Assembly: GCA_965205485.1 (NCBI GenBank)
Contig: OZ242180.1
Coordinates: 257,449-321,448, forward strand
DNA length: 64,000 nucleotides
Direction: 5' to 3'
From: Candidatus Latescibacterota bacterium
GTDB lineage: Bacteria; Latescibacterota; UBA2968; GCA-2709665
Below are positions 9,679-19,387 of this stretch, one piece after another (position 1 is the stretch's first letter; each line of letters starts with the position of its first letter). The notes under the pieces are model-generated. The model saw only the letters and a list, made by a program, of their open reading frames with translations. It ran no database searches and was not told where the DNA came from. The position numbers were made by a program, and so were the translations under genes.

Positions 9679-11892
9679 ATGACCCGGAGACCGTTTTTCA
9701 ATAGCCTTCTAATCTTGTGTTGGGCGCTTCCCATGTTCGACGCGCTTCCCTCGTTCGCGGAGCAGAGGCCGAAGGTCGCGCTTGTACTCAGCGGGGGCGG
9801 CGCCCGGGGAGGCGCCCACATCGGCGTGCTGCGCGTACTGGAACGCGAAGGCGTACCCATCGACATGATTGTCGGGGTGAGCTATGGCGCGCTGGTCGGG
9901 GGACTGTACGCCGCGGGATATTCCGTTGACGATCTCCAGCGGGTGATCCTGGAAACAGACTGGTGGGAGATTACAAGCAACAGCCCGGACCGGCGTCTGT
10001 CGAACATGAACCGCAAAGCGATGGCCGACCGTCAGATGCTTGCATTGCACCTTGAGGAGCTGAAACTGAAATTGCCTTATGGGATTTTTGCCGGACAGAA
10101 GATCCATCAATTCCTCAATCAACTCACGCTTGGCGCAACCTACAGGGCGCGCAACGACTTTGATCGACTTCCAACGCCTTTCCGGGCAATCGCAACAGAC
10201 ATTCTGTCCGGAGAACAGGTCGTGATCGACAACGGCTCTCTCGGCGCTGCAATCAGAGCGAGCATTTCAGTTCCAGGGGTATTCGCGCCGCTGAGTACTG
10301 AACATACCCATCTGGTTGATGGCGGCATCGTCAATAATCTGCCGGTGGACGTCGCATTGGACGCCGGCGCCGATTTTGTCATTGCCGTGGATTGCGCCAC
10401 GCCCCTGCGTACCTTAAAAGAAGAAATTCAGGACATCATCGACGTTATCGATCAGGCCGTCAGTTTTCGAATAGAAGAAAGAAAGATCGCGAACCGGAAA
10501 CGCTCCCACGTGTTGATATTGCCCAAACTGGATGATTTCGACGGTGGCGATTTCAATCGTTCGTATACCCTGATTCCGATTGGCGAGACTGCAGCCCAGG
10601 AACAAATGGATGCGATACGTAATGCGTTGCGGACGCTTGGCGTACCAAAACGTGTCGGAGAACCGAGAACGTCCAGATTGCCCGTTGAGTTCGACGTCCA
10701 TACGTGGGCGGATATACCGCCGGATGTCGTGGTTGACAGAGTTCGGATTGAAGGCGTAAAGCGTTATTCGGAGGGTCAGTTCAAGGTGCGGCTGGAGAAG
10801 TTCGTCAATAAGCCAATATCGTTCCTGGAACTGGAACGCGAGTGCGGCCGGTTGCACGCGACCGGACTGTTTCAGACGGTCGATTTCCATGTTGTCTATT
10901 ATGAAGGACAGACAGAGCTGGTCTTTCACGTGCTCGAAAACCCCCCGAGCGAGCTGAAAGTGGGGATTCATTACAACAACGATTACCGGGTTTCGGTGCT
11001 GGGCGAGATTGCGCATCAAAGTACACTTGGCCGCATATCGGAACTCCATCTTCGCGGCCTGCTGGGCAATTTGAATTTCGCGGAAATGGTCATGATTTTC
11101 CGGACCTCCGGGCGTCTCGGTCTGCTCGGGGAGGTCCAGGCGTGGGACCAGGACCGTTTGTACTTTCGAAATCGGCAACGAGACGGCGGGTACGAGGAAA
11201 GGCGTTTTCGCTCCCGACTTGGATTACAGAGATTGTTCCACAGCTGGGGTAGCTTCCAGGCAGGATACCAGTTGGAGCATGCCCGAGTCCGCTATGCCGC
11301 CCGTTCGATTGGCGATGCATCCGAATTCCTGCCCGGATTGTGGTTATCCGCGGGCATCGACACGCGAGACGACTCGATGGTGCCAACTAAGGGCGTCTAC
11401 TTTCAGACCCGTGCAAAATGGATCGATCGGACGTTTTCACACAAGCAGATTCAATCCCAACTCGCGTTCTTCGCCAGTCCGCGGTCACGATGGAGCGTTG
11501 GCCTGTGGTCCTACGGCGGTTATGTGACGCAGCCCGCCCCGGTATTTGATTTCTTCCCGTTGGGCGGTGCTGGACATTTCAGCAGCGCGGCGTTGCCGGT
11601 CGTTGGACTCAAACGGGATGAATTGAGGGTTCCCAGATTCGCATCGGTAGGCCTATCCGTATGGAGACACGTCAAATTCTGGGAATCCCTGCCGCGCAGC
11701 GGGATCGGGATCTTCTATCAGGGCGGAATCTATGATATGAGTTCTAATCCGGAAGAGGATTTCACGCCCATCCACGGTTTCGGTGTCGGGGGCTATGTCA
11801 ATACAACGCTCCTGGGGCCCATTCGCATTGAAATTGTGAGCACGCAGGAAAAGGACGTCAAGTTCAATGCGGCAATCGGTTTCGGGTTTTAG
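9679..11892 (+). CDS. patatin-like phospholipase fused to POTRA and an Omp85-type barrel (PlpD-like, type Vd autotransporter architecture)
   Basis: Patatin motifs GGGARGGAHIG, GVSYG (GxSxG) and DGGIVNN. A POTRA-like VDRVRIEGVKRYSEGQ follows. The C-terminus ends ...AAIGFGF. Hydrophobic N-terminal signal present. Confidence 0.75.
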   Translation: MTRRPFFNSLLILCWALPMFDALPSFAEQRPKVALVLSGGGARGGAHIGVLRVLEREGVPIDMIVGVSYGALVGGLYAAGYSVDDLQRVILETDWWEITSNSPDRRLSNMNRKAMADRQMLALHLEELKLKLPYGIFAGQKIHQFLNQLTLGATYRARNDFDRLPTPFRAIATDILSGEQVVIDNGSLGAAIRASISVPGVFAPLSTEHTHLVDGGIVNNLPVDVALDAGADFVIAVDCATPLRTLKEEIQDIIDVIDQAVSFRIEERKIANRKRSHVLILPKLDDFDGGDFNRSYTLIPIGETAAQEQMDAIRNALRTLGVPKRVGEPRTSRLPVEFDVHTWADIPPDVVVDRVRIEGVKRYSEGQFKVRLEKFVNKPISFLELERECGRLHATGLFQTVDFHVVYYEGQTELVFHVLENPPSELKVGIHYNNDYRVSVLGEIAHQSTLGRISELHLRGLLGNLNFAEMVMIFRTSGRLGLLGEVQAWDQDRLYFRNRQRDGGYEERRFRSRLGLQRLFHSWGSFQAGYQLEHARVRYAARSIGDASEFLPGLWLSAGIDTRDDSMVPTKGVYFQTRAKWIDRTFSHKQIQSQLAFFASPRSRWSVGLWSYGGYVTQPAPVFDFFPLGGAGHFSSAALPVVGLKRDELRVPRFASVGLSVWRHVKFWESLPRSGIGIFYQGGIYDMSSNPEEDFTPIHGFGVGGYVNTTLLGPIRIEIVSTQEKDVKFNAAIGFGF

Positions 11893-12083
11893 TGCGAAGG
11901 ATCGCTTGTTCCCGGGTGCGGACGAGATATTGTTAAATATCGACGTATTTCTTTTGCCGAAGGCTTGCACGTTTAAGCATTGAGAGTTTCCGGCTCGGAG
12001 AGAATGCCTTGGAATTCAAAGGCTCCCTGTTATATATTTGCAACTAAATATTAGAATTTACACATATTATAGTACCGATATTA

Positions 12084-12092
12084 TGATATAAT
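12084..12092 (+). promoter_or_regulatory. extended -10 promoter element (TGATATAAT) inside an AT-rich tract
   Basis: TGnTATAAT is matched exactly at 12084-12092, about 150 nt upstream of the ATG at 12246. Confidence 0.35.
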
Positions 12093-12245
12093 CGTGATAT
12101 TTAGATCGTTTTTAGTGATAATTTTGTGATAGTTCTCACAGTACGGCATCTTTGATTGGTACCGGCGGGAGTTCCGGCTCCGCCTGGCCGGCTGCCGAGA
12201 CAAGCTTCAGGTTGCCTGAACCACCCTGAAACGCAAAGGACAGGA

Positions 12246-14916
12246 ATGGTACTTTCCAGGTGGAACCCCCTTTATATCCTGCTCGCGCTCGCCTTCTCCG
12301 TTCCGGCAGCATCCGCATCTCAGAAGGAATCACAGGCTCCAGGGTCCAGGATTCACCGGTCCGTTCCTCCGCCCGGTGCAAGTACCCATAAGGTGATTCC
12401 TGGGGAGAGATTTCGCGCCGCCGGATTCAAACGCTGGTTCTACGGCAACAATTACAGGGACCTCTGGAATACCCCGATCGAGGTCGCGGTTCTTGACCTC
12501 GACGGCGTGGGGGGAGGTCTGACGCCCCTTCGCACCGGCGGATTCGGACAATCCATCTCCTTACACTTTACCGGCCGTGACGGCCGCAGATACACCGTGC
12601 GCTCGCTGGATAAGGATGCGACCAGAAGGGTCCCCGACGAAATCGCGAATACGGTCGTGGGCGAGGTCCTCCAGGATCTGATCTGCGCGATGCTGCCAAC
12701 CGGCGCGCTTGTGGTCGATCCGCTGATGGAGGCCGCCGGTATCCTGCATTCCAGGCATAAGCTCGTGGTCATTCCCGATGATCCCAGATTGATGGAGTAT
12801 CGCGGACGCTTCGCCGGACTTATAGGAATGCTGCAGGAACACCCGTCTGAAGGGGTGGACGACACGCCCGGGTTCGCGGGATCCCGTAAGGTCAGTGGAA
12901 CGGACAAACTGCTGAAACACCTGGAAAGAAGCCCCTGCGACCGTGTGGATGCCCGCACTTTTCTGAAGGCGCGACTGATGGATTTCCTCGTCAACGACAA
13001 GGACCGCCACTACGGCCAGTGGAGATGGGCGCGGTTTCCCGATGGCGACTGTTACACCTGGCTTCCGATTCCGGAGGATCGCGACCAGGCCTTCATCCAT
13101 TTCGAAGGGGCCGCCATGGCGATCGCGCGGCGGCGCTTTCCAATTCAGATCAAGTTCAGGGAGACGTTTCCCAATCTGATCGGCCTGACGATGACCGGAT
13201 GGGAAATTGATCGTGAATTCCTGGCCGAACTCGATAAGGCCGCGTGGGACGCGGTGGTGTCGACCCTTCGCGAGGAACTGCCTGACCCGGTCATCGAGGA
13301 CGCTGTGCGGAGGCTCCCGCCGCCGTATTACGCGATGGTCGGCGAGTCTCTCACCCGGGCGCTGAAGTCGAGGCGCGACGCGTTGCCTGAATTCGCCGGA
13401 AGGTACTATCAGCTGATAAACCGCGAGGCCGAAATCAAGACAACCGACAAGGACGAGTACGTCCACTGCGAACACCTGCCCAATGGTGATCTCCGGGTAC
13501 GTGTGGGTCTGGTGAAAAATGCAGGTTCAGAAGAGAAAAAGCCGTATTTCCAGCGGACCTTCCGGCCAGGTGAGACCCGGGAAGTGCGGATTTTCCTCCG
13601 GGGGGGAGACGACCGCGCGGAAATATCGGGAACCAGGGGGCGGATTGTCGTTCACATCGACGGAGGCGGCGGGGACGACACGCTGAAGAATCTCTCCGCT
13701 GCCGGCGCCTCAAAGACCAGGCTATACGATTCACGTGGAACGAACAGGTTCGCGCCAGGCCAGGGAGCCGGGATCGACGAGCGAGCTTACAAGCGGCCGC
13801 ATGGGACCCATACGCCGAATGCCAGGTACGCGCTGGACTGGGGCATGCGGACCGGGAATCTGCCAATATTCATGGTTGATCCTGACCTGACCGTGTACGT
13901 GGGCGCACTCCATAGCCGGCAGTATTTCGGCTATCGGAAAGACCCTTTCTCTTCACAACACACCTATATTGCCGGGCTGGCGGGGGTGAACGGCTTCGAG
14001 AGTCTCAGACCCTTTTTTTCCTATACCGGCCACTTTCGCAAACCCTTGCGCGACTTCGATGCCAACGTCCAATTCGATTTCTCAGGAATCCGGTCGCTGC
14101 GGTTCCACGGACTCGGCAACAAGACGGAAATTCGACGACCATCGTCCTTTTATAAGGTGACGCGATATTCTCTCGATATCGCACCGGCGCTTGAGTATCG
14201 AGGCGCGGACTACGTGGGAGAAATGTCCGGTTTCACACTGGCTTCGCTCCGGTCGAGACTGAACATCCAGTTCGGACCGGTCATCAAGTATTCCAACACG
14301 CCATCCGGTTCCAACAAGGGGACGCTTATTGGCTCGCTCGATGACCGGCTGTACGGTATGGGCGCTTTCGGCCAGATCGGCGCGCAGGGCGAAGTCACGT
14401 TCGACACGCGAGACAACCCGGGGTATCCCACTCGTGGGGTCAGGATCAGAATTGGTGGCGCGATCTACCCCGAATTCTGGAGCGTGGATTCCTCATTTGG
14501 CAGCATTAGAGGAGAGGCCAGCACTTACCTGACTGCACCTGTTGCGACCCATCCTACACTCGCCCTGAGAGGCGGCGCCAGGAAGGTCTGGGGAACCTAT
14601 CCGTTCTTTGAAAGCGCCTTTCTCGGCGGGACCGGCGTTATCGGCTCCGGAATTTCCGGTGGCAATCTGCGAGGATTCCAGAAGAACCGGTTCGCCGGAG
14701 ATACCGCGCTGTATGGAAACTCCGGGGCTTTTCGGCATCGCCGATGCCGGACGGGTGTTTTATAAGGGAGATCCTGCAAGCGCAGACAGGTGGCACACCA
14801 GTATCGGGGGTGGATTCTGGGTGTCCTTTCTGCAGCGCAGGCACACGTTGAGCGCGGCTGTTGTAAAGGGCGACGATTTGACGGGTGTGTATCTGCGTAG
14901 CGGTTTCATGTTCTAG
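12246..14916 (+). pseudogene. outer-membrane barrel protein (Omp85/surface-antigen-like C-terminus, unrecognised N-terminal domain), frameshifted in a G4 run
   Basis: Signal peptide MVLSRWNPLYILLALAFSVPAASA. The first frame stops at 14765. A +1 frame (track ORF 14608..14916) carries the typical barrel end GLFGIADAGRVFYKGDP...GVYLRSGFMF. Removing one G from GGGG 14724-14727 joins the frames as ...LYGNSGLFGIADAG... Confidence 0.6.
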
Positions 14917-15077
14917 TTCCTGCGCCGAACCGCAATCTTACCCGAATGCCATTCGATTTTGTCGGTAAACATCCAGTGAGAACAGCGTATATTGTCTCCA
15001 TGCTGTCCCTCCCGTATTTCGATTGTATGTGTTAATCTCTGTGTCGCATATCCGACTTGCCAGTGAAGGAGTATACT

Positions 15078-16016
15078 GTGCCTAACAACATCATCGTACG
15101 GCTGGTCATTTATTATATTACCTGGATAGTGGTTCTCAATACGGTTTTTCATATTTTCCCGGAAATCCTCTATTACGTCGCCCAGGAACGTGAACGCATA
15201 TTCGTGGGAAAATCGCTCGGGTCCGGCGCCGATTCCGCCATTCCTCTGGGAAACATCAAGGAAGGCGTCAACCGCCTGCTCGATCCCGCGCACACAATTC
15301 CCGTGGTGGTCGCTCTGGTACTTGCCTTCGCAGTCACGCTCCCGATCACATGGGTTTATGCCTGGACGCGGCCACTCAAGAAATACAGCCAATCCTTCGC
15401 GCACACGCTGCTCGTGATGCCCGTCGCCATCGCGCTGGTGGTCTTCCTGGTCAAGGGCAGCCTCGCGCTTGCGTTCAGCCTGGCGGGCATCGTGGCCGCC
15501 GTCAGTTTCCGGATATCGCTCAAGGAAACGATGGATGCCGTCTACATGTTTATGGTTATAGGAATCGGGCTGGCCGCCGGCACCCAGCTCACGACAGTCG
15601 CTTATATCGCATCGTTGGCTTTCGTAACCATTACACTGAGCGTGTGGAAGACCAACTATGCAGCACGTCCTCCAGTCCTTTCCGGCTGGAGAATCGTCTC
15701 ACCCACAAAGCCGGCGGGGTCCTCCGCAACCGGGGACACGGCCAGTGGAGATACCCGTGAATCCCGAATTGCCGTGCACGCTACGAACGTCAATGCGGCG
15801 CAAAAGGCAGCAGCCCCTATCCTTGATTACAGCGCGATCAAGTGGAATTTGTCCGAGGTAATCGAGAATGAAGATGGGACAGTCGTCGTTGTGTACGAGG
15901 TTACTTCAAGTCAATCCGTCGACATTTCTTCACTAATCAGGGACCTGGGCAAGAGAGGGAAAAAGCAAATAAAAGACGTGGAATTAATGGAAGATGAGAC
16001 AGACCAGAGCCTGTAA
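15078..16016 (+). CDS. DUF4956-like membrane protein
   Basis: SLAGIVAAVSFRISLKETMDAVYMFMVIGIGLAAGTQ resembles the DUF4956 core. GTG 15078 is preceded by GAAGGAG; the track start is TTG 15057. Confidence 0.5.
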   Translation: MPNNIIVRLVIYYITWIVVLNTVFHIFPEILYYVAQERERIFVGKSLGSGADSAIPLGNIKEGVNRLLDPAHTIPVVVALVLAFAVTLPITWVYAWTRPLKKYSQSFAHTLLVMPVAIALVVFLVKGSLALAFSLAGIVAAVSFRISLKETMDAVYMFMVIGIGLAAGTQLTTVAYIASLAFVTITLSVWKTNYAARPPVLSGWRIVSPTKPAGSSATGDTASGDTRESRIAVHATNVNAAQKAAAPILDYSAIKWNLSEVIENEDGTVVVVYEVTSSQSVDISSLIRDLGKRGKKQIKDVELMEDETDQSL

Positions 16017-16088
16017 CCACTGAATCAGATCGCGATCAGGTAGCGCGAATTGCCAATTCGCGGCCCCTGCGAAACGGCGCAATCGGAT

Positions 16089-17060
16089 ATGAAAAACATC
16101 GAAGCCGAATTTCCGCGTAACTTTCTTGGTCCCTGTATTCTTCTCTGCATGCTGTCGATGGGATCAGGAGGGGATGCATCCGCACAATTTATCGAAGGAC
16201 AGTCCGGCACAGTTGCGGGCATTTCAGGCGTCAGCCCTCTGGCGGATGCATCGGCCGCGTCGAAGAAGAAGGTATCTCTCGAAAACTATACCCTGGATCC
16301 TGACAGCGCGACCCACTGGAAGCTTCCCAGGGAGCTTGAAGAAGTCTCCGGTCTGGCGATGACGGGAGACAATCGTCTCCTTGCGCACAACGACGAACGA
16401 GCGATCATATACGAGATTGACTACCGGAAAGGATCGATCGTAAAGGCATTTCAGCTTTCGGACACGAATTACCCTGCAGCCGGTGATTTCGAGGGCATCG
16501 CCGCAACAGACGACGGGATTTTTCTTGTCACAAGCAACGGGCGGCTGTTCCAGTGCCAAGAGGGTAATGCAGGTGAGTCCGTACTCTTCAATGTCTATAC
16601 GACGGGGGTGGGCAGAGATTGCGAAATCGAGGGACTCGCGTACGATCATTTCCGCCGGGAACTCATACTGATTTGCAAGGAGGCCCGCAGTCTGGAAATG
16701 GAAGGTCTGTTGGCACTATGCCGTTGGTCAATCGAGAATAAACAGCTCGACAAAGACGGACAGACCGTAATTCCGGTGGATGAATTCTCTCGACACATCA
16801 AGGGAAAAAAGTTCAATCCCTCGGGAATCGAGCGGCATCCGGAGTCGGGGAATTACTATGTTGTCGCAGCTCGTCAGGAGTCTATAGCGGAGATTACGCC
16901 GGGCGGGAAGGTGGTTGCCGTCAGGAAGTTTCCTGCAAAGTGGCATCGTCAGGTCGAAGGCATTGCCTTTGCCGCGGACGGCACGCTGATCGTCGCCGAT
17001 GAAGGTGCGGGAAGGAAGGGAAGGCTGACTCTATACCCGGTTTCGGATCCTTCGAACTAG
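16089..17060 (+). CDS. SdiA-regulated-like beta-propeller protein (secreted)
   Basis: EEVSGLAMTGDNRLLAHNDERAIIYEIDYRKG..FEGIAATDDG..EIEGLAYD..VEGIAFAADGTLIVADEG. N-terminal hydrophobic signal present. Confidence 0.5.
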   Translation: MKNIEAEFPRNFLGPCILLCMLSMGSGGDASAQFIEGQSGTVAGISGVSPLADASAASKKKVSLENYTLDPDSATHWKLPRELEEVSGLAMTGDNRLLAHNDERAIIYEIDYRKGSIVKAFQLSDTNYPAAGDFEGIAATDDGIFLVTSNGRLFQCQEGNAGESVLFNVYTTGVGRDCEIEGLAYDHFRRELILICKEARSLEMEGLLALCRWSIENKQLDKDGQTVIPVDEFSRHIKGKKFNPSGIERHPESGNYYVVAARQESIAEITPGGKVVAVRKFPAKWHRQVEGIAFAADGTLIVADEGAGRKGRLTLYPVSDPSN

Positions 17061-17170
17061 TGTCCTGTCCCGAAAATTCCTCACCATTCGGCCGCCGATT
17101 CAGGCAACTTATTTCTGGGACAGAACACTAGCAGAAAACTTGTCCGTTCTGATTCTTACGAATAAAAGAA

Positions 17171-17204
17171 AGCCCGGGGAATTTCCCGGGCTGATTTGTT
17201 TGTT
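17171..17204. terminator. bidirectional hairpin terminator
   Basis: AGCCCGGG-GAATT-TCCCGGGCT followed by GATTTGTTTGTT and preceded by AAAAGAAA. It lies 30 nt beyond the TAG at 17221 on the minus strand. Confidence 0.55.
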
Positions 17205-17220
17205 CGCTGGAGTCCCGCGC

Positions 17221-18312
17221 CTATGATGATATCGCCCTGCGCTCCATGTATGATCGTGTAACGTCGATAATCAGCCTGATATCGTCCCGCGCCTCCGCCA
17301 CAGGCGTCCGGCATGCCTCCTGTCCGGTAATACACGCGTGAAAATGACGCAGTTCGCGCACGAAGGGGCTCTCCCACGCCAACGCCGGCTGCCGGGTGGA
17401 CGTCTCCCCGCCTCGTTGATCTCATGCAGCAGCAACCGTGGACAGGATGCCGCGCGCGAATCCGGTCGGATACGAAACCAGTACCCTCCGGTCGCCGCCG
17501 TACACTTCCAGCGTTTCCTTGAAATCCCATAGCTCCGGCAGGTCGACCCAGGATGCGACGCAGCGCGCGCCGTTGCTGTACGACAATACGGTTGAAATCG
17601 CCCGTCCCTCGTTCCACACCTCCGTACTGACGACCGACTCCGGTATCCCCAACAACGCCCGAAGACAGTAGAGATCGTGGATCATGCTTCCCGAAAGCGT
17701 ATGAAAAGCGCGGACCGCATCGTCGGGCGCCTCGCCGATCGCATCCAGTACCGCCGCCTTCCTGGCTGCTTGTGTTTCCGCCACGGGACCCGACGGCAGA
17801 TCGTCGAACCGCTTCAGCCTGAACTGGCGCAGATGAAGCCGGTTGTCCGGATGCAGATGATTCACCTGGACGAAACGAACGTCAGTCATCCGGTCCACTT
17901 CGGCCTTTGCTGTCTCGAATGCCGGATCGTACACCTTCATGTATCCGGCCTGGGCAACCACTCCCGCCCGCTCGGCGGCGCCGGCGATCGCATCCGCCTC
18001 CCTGAGGGAATAGCAGACCGGTTTTTCGATGAGCACGTGTTTGCCCGCGTCCAGCGCGGCCACGGCAGCATCGGTCTTCGGGTCTGAATGGCAGAGGAGC
18101 ACCGCCTCCACGTCGTCCGACCTGACGAGCCGGCGAAAATCCGTCATCGCAGCGGGCACGTGAAACGTCTTCGCGGCCCAATCTGCCAGTCGGGACGAAA
18201 GGTCGCATACGGTCGTGACCTCGAACTCCTCAGTCAGCCCCGCCAGATTCGGCAGGTGCTGTACCTGTGCTATCGCTCCGCATCCGACCACACCCAGCTT
18301 GACGGGAGCCAT
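17221..18312 (-). pseudogene. Gfo/Idh/MocA oxidoreductase interrupted by an in-frame TGA at 17422-17424
   Basis: N-terminus MAPVKLGVVGCGAIAQ...HVLIEKP. After ...GILSTVAAA-TGA the same frame continues DQRGGETSTRQPALAWESPFVRELRHFHACITGQEACRTPVAEARDDIRLIIDVTRSYMERRAISS-TAG. That continuation is a typical family C-terminus. Confidence 0.7.
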
Positions 18313-18326
18313 CGAGTTTATCCTTT

Positions 18327-18959
18327 CTAACCGTTGGGCATCCGTTCGACCCGGTCCGCCAGCCCGTTCCAACCGTCCGCAAGATCGTACACCTGCCGGA
18401 ACACCCTGTAAAGCGCGCCCCATACAGCCTCACGGGCCTCGACGGCGTCCTCCCTGCTGCGGCCACGAAGTTGAACTGCTGCTTCCTCCTGTGCCCTCGT
18501 GAGAGCCGCCGCATCCCGCTCCAGCGCCCGACCGGCTTCCAGGCATGTGTCGACGACCTCACCCATCGACGCCGTATCGTCGGGCTCCACGTCGTACGAA
18601 CGCGATGGTGAGAAGCGCGTCGGCATCCGCTCGCCATCCGCGGTCCTCCCGGTATGCGTGGGCTGGATGTGCGGGGTGACGGACAGGTACATCGTCATCG
18701 GTTCATCCCCCACGGTCCGCACCGAATGGATCTCATCCGCCAGCGCAACGCAGAGTTGCCCGGGGCCCACCTCCCGAACACCGCCATCGATCGTAAACTC
18801 GGCCCGGCCGGCCAGCACGAGAAAGATCTCGTGGCCCAGATCGTGGCTGTGCAGGGCTGCGGACTCACCCGGCTCCATCCGCAGGAATCGAGACCGGATC
18901 CAGGGGGTAACGAGCAAGTTACAAATGTCGTTGCGATAGTCATACACCTGAAAACTCAC
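18327..18959 (-). CDS. cupin domain protein
   Basis: RMEPGESAALHSHDLGHEIFLVLAGRAEFTIDG...GQLCVALADEIHSVR. GTG start with AAGGAGGA upstream. Confidence 0.7.
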   Translation of the reverse strand: MSFQVYDYRNDICNLLVTPWIRSRFLRMEPGESAALHSHDLGHEIFLVLAGRAEFTIDGGVREVGPGQLCVALADEIHSVRTVGDEPMTMYLSVTPHIQPTHTGRTADGERMPTRFSPSRSYDVEPDDTASMGEVVDTCLEAGRALERDAAALTRAQEEAAVQLRGRSREDAVEAREAVWGALYRVFRQVYDLADGWNGLADRVERMPNG

Positions 18960-18983
18960 AACTTCCTCCTTGCGATCCCGCGT

Positions 18984-19271
18984 TCATCCCACTGTTCTAA
19001 GTTTACGGATTTTCCTGTCTGGTCGGCTTCTGGCCAGGTCATGATTTCGCTGAAGGTTCAACCATAACTCCGGCGTTGTGCCCAGCGCTTGCGAAAACAG
19101 CCACGCGGTTTCGGGGGTTACCCCACGCTTTCCATTCACGATTTCGTTAACCCTCTGAAGCGGTACCTGAATGTGACTGGCGAACGCCACCTGGGTCATA
19201 TCCATGGGTTTCAGGAATTCTTCCAGGAGGACCTCCCCTGGATGCGTTGGAATGCGATTTTCCGGTAGCAT
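18984..19271 (-). CDS. higA: HigA-family antitoxin (XRE-type HTH)
   Basis: MLPENRIPTHPGEVLLEEFLKPMDMTQVAFASHIQVPLQRVNEIVNGKRGVTPETAWLFSQALGTTPELWLNLQ. AGGAGG lies 5 nt upstream of ATG 19271. Confidence 0.85.
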   Translation of the reverse strand: MLPENRIPTHPGEVLLEEFLKPMDMTQVAFASHIQVPLQRVNEIVNGKRGVTPETAWLFSQALGTTPELWLNLQRNHDLARSRPDRKIRKLRTVG

Positions 19272-19288
19272 GGTTGCCTCCTGATCTG

Positions 19289-19387
19289 CTAATGATAGTC
19301 TGTAAGAGTTACTTGATGTGCGGAACTTTCGGTCCATCGAAAGATGATCCGCCATTGTTCATTGACCCGGATACTGGTACAGAAGCT
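19289..19387 (-). pseudogene. higB: 5-prime-truncated higB toxin remnant (last ~32 codons only)
   Basis: The minus-strand frame directly after the upstream gene stop reads SFCTSIRVNEQWRIIFRWTESSAHQVTLTDYH-TAG. This is the conserved HigB (killer protein) C-terminus, 17 nt upstream of the higA ATG. Confidence 0.75.

Noticed and set aside
17422-17424. TGA as a selenocysteine codon, or a reassigned genetic code
   Set aside because: Many neighbouring genes end in TGA at positions matching family lengths, so there is no global reassignment. I saw no convincing SECIS-like hairpin within about 40 nt downstream, and this enzyme family is not known to use Sec. It is kept only as a low-probability alternative in the finding.
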